From Gemmatimonadota bacterium (GTDB lineage: Bacteria > Gemmatimonadota > Gemmatimonadetes > Palauibacterales > Palauibacteraceae): a DNA stretch of 64,000 nucleotides. This document shows, piece by piece, positions 59,073 to 64,000 of this stretch. The stretch spans positions 24,534 to 88,533 of the forward strand of contig DATFLN010000004.1 of the NCBI GenBank assembly GCA_035267645.1. Reading direction: 5' to 3'. A program made the translations under genes and the position numbers. The notes beneath the pieces are model-generated. The model ran no database searches. It saw nothing but the letters and a program-made list of their open reading frames with translations, and had not been told where the DNA came from. Each line of letters begins with the position of its first letter. Positions within the stretch are counted from its first letter, which is position 1.

Positions 59073-59151
59073 AACAGTCAGTGCGCTAACATGCAGTGAG
59101 CGGGAACTCCGAGAGGGAGCACGAACCCCCTGCCCGAGTGGGAGCGATACC

Positions 59152-59604
59152 ATGAACAGCACGACACAGAATCGAGACCGGCCCGAACTGCCAACGGCGG
59201 CACGCCTGAACACCGCCCTGGCGGTACTCAGGGCTGTCGTGGGCATCATCTTCGTCGCGCACGGTGCCCAGAAGCTCTTCGTCTTCGGCTTTGGAGGCGT
59301 AATCGGGGCTTTCCACAGCATGGGCATTCCACTCGCCGGCATCGTCGGCCCCGCTGTCGCCCTACTGGAGTTCTTCGGCGGGCTCGCGTTGATCGCCGGG
59401 CTGCTCACGCGCCCCGCGGCGTCGGCCCTCGCAGCAGACATGCTCGGCGCCCTGGCGCTGGTGCACCTGCCAGCGGGCTTCTTCCTGCCCCACGGAGGAG
59501 AATTCGCGCTCACGCTCTTCGGAGCCGCCTCGGTGCTGGCGCTGACCGGCCCCGGGACCATCTCCCTCGACGCCCTCGTCGCGCGTCGCAATGCATCCGC
59601 TTGA
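59152..59604 (+). CDS. DoxX-family membrane protein
   Basis: Start trimmed to ATG 59152. [18 protein letters not shown]...[25 protein letters not shown] is the DoxX signature. Confidence 0.9.
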   Translation: MNSTTQNRDRPELPTAARLNTALAVLRAVVGIIFVAHGAQKLFVFGFGGVIGAFHSMGIPLAGIVGPAVALLEFFGGLALIAGLLTRPAASALAADMLGALALVHLPAGFFLPHGGEFALTLFGAASVLALTGPGTISLDALVARRNASA

Positions 59605-59646
59605 TCGTGGGCCAACACGCAACCCGAGCATACAGCAGAGGACACC

Positions 59647-60309
59647 ATGAACATCCTGATCATCGGCACCGGCAACATGGCTCGTGGCATCTCGACCCGG
59701 CTCCTGGCCGGCGGGCACCACGTGAAGCTCTACAACCCGGACCACGCAGACGCGGAGCAGCTCGCGGACGAGCTGAGGGGCACGTATCCAGATTCAGGGA
59801 AAGTGAGCGTCGCGGCGGAGCTTCCAGGGGTGATCTCGGCCAGCGAGGTGGTGATCCTCGCGAGCTGGTATGCCGTAAACCTGGAGACCGCTCGTGACCA
59901 GGCGGACGCGCTCGACGGCAAAGTCGTGGTCGACATCTCCAACCCACTGAACGATACCTACGACGCTCTGGTGACCGAGGGCGGGCTGTCCGCTGCCGAG
60001 ACCATTCAGGCCGTACTGCCCGCGGGCGCGAAGGTGGTGAAGGCCTTCAATACGACCTTCGCGGGCACCCTCGTGGACGGTGAGGTGTCGGGTCAGACGC
60101 TGGATGTCTTCATCGCAGGCGATGATGAGACGGCCAGGCACAGGGTCGCGAAGCTGGCGACCGACGGCGGCCTGAACGCCGTCGAGGTGGGCGGCCTCGA
60201 GCGCGCGCGGCAGCTCGAAGCCCTCGGCTTGCTCGGCATCACGCTGCAGTCCCGGCTGGACACGGGCTTCATGACCGCCTGGAAGCTGGTTCTGCCGCAG
60301 GTCGGCTGA
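59647..60309 (+). CDS. NAD(P)-binding oxidoreductase, NADPH-dependent F420 reductase (Npd)-like
   Basis: 220 aa. Motifs MNILIIGTGNMARGIS, VVDISNPL and VVKAFNT. Confidence 0.8.
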   Translation: MNILIIGTGNMARGISTRLLAGGHHVKLYNPDHADAEQLADELRGTYPDSGKVSVAAELPGVISASEVVILASWYAVNLETARDQADALDGKVVVDISNPLNDTYDALVTEGGLSAAETIQAVLPAGAKVVKAFNTTFAGTLVDGEVSGQTLDVFIAGDDETARHRVAKLATDGGLNAVEVGGLERARQLEALGLLGITLQSRLDTGFMTAWKLVLPQVG

Positions 60310-60406
60310 ACGGCGGAGTGACAGAGAGGATCGGGCCCGGGATCGGAATGCCGACGCGACCGGTTCCGGCGCCGACCCTCGGCACGCCCCGGAACGAGGA
60401 GGAGTC

Positions 60407-61336
60407 ATGACGGACACGAGACACGCGATGGATGTCGCAATCGGCAGCTACGGCATCGCTCCCGAGGGGCATCGGCTGCCGGCGGAAACGCGGCTCGGGC
60501 CGGTTCGGCTGCAGGTCACGGACGTCGAGCGCTCGCTGGACTACTACCAGGAGGTGCTCGGATTCCGGCTGGCCCATCGCGAGGACGGAGGCGCCACGCT
60601 CACGGCCGGGCAGGATGCCCGACCGCTCGTCAAGCTTCGACAGCGAACGGGCGCTGCGTCGGCCCCGGCGGGCGGACGGCCCGGCCTCTATCACTTCGCC
60701 ATCCTGCTGCCGACGCGAGGCGACCTCGGCCGGTTTCTTCGGCACCTGGCGGAGAGGGGCAAACAGGCTGGAGCAGCGGACCATCTGGTGAGCGAGGCCG
60801 CGTACCTACGCGACCCGGACGGGCTCGGGATCGAGGTCTACGCGGACCGTCCCCGCTCCGCCTGGAAGACGAAGGGCCGGGAGCTGGTCATGGAAACCGA
60901 TCCCCTGGACGTCGGGAGTCTTCTCCACTCGGCAGGAGATTCTCCGTGGGATGGAATGCCGTCCGGTACGAAGATAGGCCACGTGCATCTGCACGTGGGC
61001 GACCTCCAGCGGGCGGCGAAGTTCTATCACCGGGGTCTGGGCCTCGACAAGGTGGTATGGAGCTACCCGGGCGCCCTGTTCCTGTCGACCGGTGGCTACC
61101 ACCACCACTTGGCGCTCAACACATGGGCGGCAGAAGCGATGCCGGCTGGCGACGACGAAGCCAAGCTACTGGAGTGGACGCTGGAGCTGCCGGACGTCCA
61201 AAGCGTCGCAGCCACGGCGGAGAGTCTCGAAGCCGCCGGGTATAGCGTCGAGCGAGACGCGGCCGGCGACTTCTCCAGCCGAGATCCCTGGGGAACGCCC
61301 CTGCGCGTTCGGATGAAGCAAAGCGGCAGGGGCTGA
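60407..61336 (+). CDS. Two-module VOC (glyoxalase/extradiol dioxygenase) family protein, CatE/MhqA-like
   Basis: 309 aa with GAGGAGG Shine-Dalgarno. Motifs LGPVRLQVTDVERSLDYYQEVLGFRL, YHFAILLP, EAAYLRDPDGLGIEVYADR, IGHVHLHVGDLQRAAKFYHRGLGL and YHHHLALNTW. Confidence 0.85.
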   Translation: MTDTRHAMDVAIGSYGIAPEGHRLPAETRLGPVRLQVTDVERSLDYYQEVLGFRLAHREDGGATLTAGQDARPLVKLRQRTGAASAPAGGRPGLYHFAILLPTRGDLGRFLRHLAERGKQAGAADHLVSEAAYLRDPDGLGIEVYADRPRSAWKTKGRELVMETDPLDVGSLLHSAGDSPWDGMPSGTKIGHVHLHVGDLQRAAKFYHRGLGLDKVVWSYPGALFLSTGGYHHHLALNTWAAEAMPAGDDEAKLLEWTLELPDVQSVAATAESLEAAGYSVERDAAGDFSSRDPWGTPLRVRMKQSGRG

Positions 61337-61457
61337 TGCTCAGGCGGAAGGGCTGTCGGTGCCGGACGCGAGCGGGCAGCGCCAGAAGACTACGTGGTCG
61401 CCGGGCGCTCTACGCGGCCGTCCCACCCGGGAGCGGCAACGTGGTCGTCCCGTGTTT

Positions 61458-61607
61458 CTACGGCAGCACCGTGTACACGCGGGTGATGAAGCCGAGAAAC
61501 TCGTTCATGTAGTCCCGGAGGAACTCGGCGGTCATCTCATCGGTCACTTCGCCGCTGTCCGTGATGAGGCCCTCGGTGGACTGGATGTAGGCCTCGGGGG
61601 AGTTCAT
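61458..61607 (-). CDS. Small hypothetical protein (49 aa)
   Basis: This is the tail of track ORF 61458..63728, from ATG at 61607: MNSPEAYIQSTEGLITDSGEVTDEMTAEFLRDYMNEFLGFITRVYTVLP. It has strong G/C third-position bias but no recognised family. Confidence 0.4.
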   Translation of the reverse strand: MNSPEAYIQSTEGLITDSGEVTDEMTAEFLRDYMNEFLGFITRVYTVLP

Positions 61608-61666
61608 GAGAGGTGCGTTACAGAAGGCCAGGATGCTCCGGTGGACGTCCCCCCTGCGACACGCAG

Positions 61667-63547
61667 CTAGGCCCCCGCTCGCCGGTCGCGCGCTTCGGCC
61701 GCCTCCTCGACGCGGCGCTTCCAGCGCGCGTAGCGGACCGCCAGGGCCGCCGAGCCGGCCAGGGCCGCCGCCCCCGATGCGGCCAGAACGCTCAGCTTCG
61801 TCAGCGCCAGCGTCCCGGCGTCGCTGAAGGTGAGGTCGGCGATGAAGAACGCCATGGTGAAGCCGATGCCGCACAGGGCGCCCGCGCCCGCCACCTGCGC
61901 CCACGCCACGTCGTCCGGCCGGGTGGCCAGGCCCAGTCGGGTGGCGATCCACGCACCCGCGGTGATGCCCAGCGGCTTCCCCAGGAGGAGGCCCAGGATG
62001 ATGCCCAGGCTCACCGGCTCGAGGAAGTCCCGAGCGTGAGCCTGCAGCTCGATGCCGGAGTTGGCGAAGGCGAACAGGGGGAGCACGACGTACGCCGACC
62101 ACGGCTGCAGGGTGCGGGCGAGACGCTGGGCCGGCGACAGGAGCCTCTCCACCACACTCTCCAGCGCTTCCACGGCGGCGCGATAGCTCCCGGCGGTCAC
62201 CTCGCCCACCGGCGGCGCCTCGACACTCTGCAGGAGCGACTGGGTCTGTCCGAGAAGCGCCGCCGGGCTGGGCGCGCTCCGGGTGGGAATGGCGAACGCC
62301 AGGAGCACACCGGCCAGCGTCGGGTGCACCCCGGCGTAGAGCACCGCCAGCCACAGGAGGACCCCGATCACCGCATAGGGGAGCGCCGCGTACACCCGCG
62401 CGCGGTTCATCGCCAGCGCCAGCAGCCAGAGCAGGAGGGCGGCACCCAGGCTGGCCAGGACGATGTGCTCCGTGTAGAAGAGCGCGATCACGGCGATCGA
62501 GCCCATGTCGTCGGCGATGGCGGCCGCCGCCACGAACGCGCGCAGAGAGAGGGGGACCCGGGGCCCCAGGAGGGCGAGCAGCCCCAGGGCGAAGGCGGTG
62601 TCCGTGCCCATGGGGACGCCCCAGCCGTGGGCCGCGCCGCCGCCGGCGTTGAACGCCAGGTAGATGAGAGCGGGGGCGACCATGCCCCCTATGGCGGCGG
62701 CGATGGGGAGGGCCGCCTTCCGGGGCGTGGCGATGGCGCCCACCGTGACCTCCCGCCGAATCTCCAGGGAGACCACGAGGAAGAAGATCACGATGAGGCC
62801 GTCGTTGACCCACGCCTTCAGGGACATGGTCAGGACATGGCTCCCGGCACCCAGGGTCAGGGGGATGGCCCATAGCCGCTCGTAGGAGTCCCGCCACGGG
62901 GAGTTGGCCCAGACGAGCGCCGCCACCACCCCCAGGAGCATGAGGATCCCGCTGGACATGGACAGCCCCGCGAACTGCTCCGCCAGCAGGCGCAGCCGCC
63001 AGCCCAGGGGCTTGCGCATGGTGTCGACCAGGGACTCCTCGTCCCAGGGCCCGTCGTAGCGGCGTCCGTCGACGTAGAAGGTGGGCGTCGCGCGGGCGCC
63101 GCTCAGCTGCGCGCTCGCCAGGTCCTCCTGCACACGCGGGGCGTAGCGGTGGTCGTCCAGCTCCCGGGCGAAGCGCTCCACGTCCAGTTCCAGCCCGGCG
63201 GCCATGCGCACCAGCGTCTCCCGGTCCAGCGTCTCCTGGCTGGTGAAGAGCCGGTCGTGCATCTCCCAGAAGCGGCCCTGGGCCGCCGCGCACTCCGACG
63301 CCTCGGCGGCCACCTCCGCATGGGGATGGGCGCCGCGGTTGGGGAGGTGCCGGAAGACGTAGCGCACCTGCCCGGTCAGGCGCTCGTCGCGCAGCCGGAT
63401 CACTCCCGCGTGGGCCGCGCGGCAGTGGGGGCACTCGAAGTCGCCGTACTCGACCAGCGTGACGGGACCGTCCCGGGCTCCCGAGACGTGGTCCCGCTTC
63501 GGATCCACCGGAGGCCGGAGGCGGGGCGTGGCGACCCGGGCGGGCAT
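61667..63547 (-). CDS. nhaA: DsbA-like thioredoxin domain fused to Na+/H+ antiporter NhaA
   Basis: 626 aa. The N-terminus VTLVEYGDFECPHCRAAH (CxxC)...ATPTFYVDG is followed by the NhaA core WVNDGLIVIFFLVVSLEIRRE, AIADDMGSIAVIALFY and FAFANSG. Confidence 0.9.
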   Translation of the reverse strand: MPARVATPRLRPPVDPKRDHVSGARDGPVTLVEYGDFECPHCRAAHAGVIRLRDERLTGQVRYVFRHLPNRGAHPHAEVAAEASECAAAQGRFWEMHDRLFTSQETLDRETLVRMAAGLELDVERFARELDDHRYAPRVQEDLASAQLSGARATPTFYVDGRRYDGPWDEESLVDTMRKPLGWRLRLLAEQFAGLSMSSGILMLLGVVAALVWANSPWRDSYERLWAIPLTLGAGSHVLTMSLKAWVNDGLIVIFFLVVSLEIRREVTVGAIATPRKAALPIAAAIGGMVAPALIYLAFNAGGGAAHGWGVPMGTDTAFALGLLALLGPRVPLSLRAFVAAAAIADDMGSIAVIALFYTEHIVLASLGAALLLWLLALAMNRARVYAALPYAVIGVLLWLAVLYAGVHPTLAGVLLAFAIPTRSAPSPAALLGQTQSLLQSVEAPPVGEVTAGSYRAAVEALESVVERLLSPAQRLARTLQPWSAYVVLPLFAFANSGIELQAHARDFLEPVSLGIILGLLLGKPLGITAGAWIATRLGLATRPDDVAWAQVAGAGALCGIGFTMAFFIADLTFSDAGTLALTKLSVLAASGAAALAGSAALAVRYARWKRRVEEAAEARDRRAGA

Positions 63548-63574
63548 ACGGGAAGAGGGTTCGAACCCCGCGGC

Positions 63575-64000
63575 TCAGGCGGACGGCGCTCGGCCGGCCG
63601 CCGGAGGACCTCGCTCCAGGTCCACCCGGGGTCGGTCGTCCGGGTCCGCGGCCGCCCCACGCGCTGCGATCCACCGGCGGGCTGCATCGAGCTCGCCGTC
63701 CGTGATCCCGTGCCCACCCGGTTCCCAATGGAGGGTGACGGCAGCCCCCGACGCCTCGAGGACGCCGACGAGCCGCTCCGTCTCGTCTGCCGTAGCCACC
63801 GGATCTGCCCGACCCGCCCCGATGAAGACGGGAAGTCCACCGAGGTCGGGGGGCTCGGAGGGGATGAAGGGCACCATGGGACTCAACAACACCGCCCCCC
63901 GCAGGAGCTCTGGACGTCGGAGAAGCAGGCTGGCCGCCATGTTGGCTCCGTTAGAAAACCCTACGGCCACGACGCCGCCCGGATCGAAGCCGTACGCTTC
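63575..64000 (-). CDS. Alpha/beta hydrolase (phospholipase/carboxylesterase-type), 5' end beyond window
   Basis: ORF 63575..63970 reads GFSNGANMAASLLLRRPELLRGAVLLSPMVP...VFIGAGRADPV...GGHGIT. The reading frame stays open to the window edge (YGFDPGGVVAVGFSNG). Confidence 0.7.
   Translation of the reverse strand, partial: EAYGFDPGGVVAVGFSNGANMAASLLLRRPELLRGAVLLSPMVPFIPSEPPDLGGLPVFIGAGRADPVATADETERLVGVLEASGAAVTLHWEPGGHGITDGELDAARRWIAARGAAADPDDRPRVDLERGPPAAGRAPSA

Noticed and set aside
59053-59075. A second promoter for doxX (TTGAAT ... TATAAC).
   Set aside because: The spacer would be only 11 nt, which is incompatible with sigma-70 geometry. I kept only the repeated TATGTGTTAT box as a candidate operator. 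doxX is probably read through from the marR promoter.
63557-63569. GGGTTCGAACCCC, which resembles a tRNA T-arm/T-loop.
   Set aside because: The flanking bases give only a 3-bp stem. No acceptor, D or anticodon arms can be drawn. The intergenic gap is only 27 nt, and the motif overlaps the 5' end of the nhaA fusion gene.

Overview
This is a 64-kb, very GC-rich bacterial chromosomal segment. My hand counts on single 60-nt lines gave about 70-83% G+C in typical coding sequence. It is densely coded on both strands, with about 57 protein genes. I saw no rRNA, tRNA, CRISPR array, transposase or integrase. Lipoboxes, a putative outer-membrane barrel, a BNR/sortilin protein and a PIG-L protein suggest a diderm, possibly Gemmatimonadota-like organism; this is inference only. 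Many long ORFs in the supplied track are antisense shadows typical of high-GC DNA, and I trimmed several starts by hand.

Main blocks:
(1) A NarL-type two-component module (PAS kinase plus response regulator), with a divergent second kinase whose phospho-acceptor His is Gln.
(2) A minus-strand coupled operon of a secreted PIG-L deacetylase and an FbpABC-like importer, followed by a BNR/sortilin protein.
(3) An approximately 11-kb plus-strand supraoperon with overlapping stop/start codons. It encodes an SSS-type permease, an RclA-like flavoprotein disulfide reductase, a PhnDCE-like ABC importer, an EgtB/SenA-like enzyme, a SenB-like GT4 glycosyltransferase and cydAB.
(4) A YdiJ-like FAD/Fe-S dehydrogenase plus a B12-type radical SAM protein.
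(5) A group-3b-like [NiFe]-hydrogenase operon with an embedded cNMP-binding protein. Its maturation protease is fused to a relic of a LigD phosphoesterase domain.
(6) A cupredoxin pair next to TetR, an ECF sigma factor and a convergent overlapping anti-sigma gene.
(7) A TrmB, unknown secreted protein and di-haem peroxidase-like operon.
(8) A gene-decay zone followed by a lower-GC MarR-DoxX-reductase-VOC cassette driven by a perfect consensus promoter.
(9) A DsbA-NhaA fusion.

The best candidate for a new system is block 3. It looks like a selenium (or other chalcogen/oxyanion) acquisition-plus-selenoneine-type antioxidant operon. It lacks senC/selD and egtD in cis and is hard-wired to cytochrome bd. 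All family assignments come from motif recognition by eye and need HMM/BLAST confirmation.
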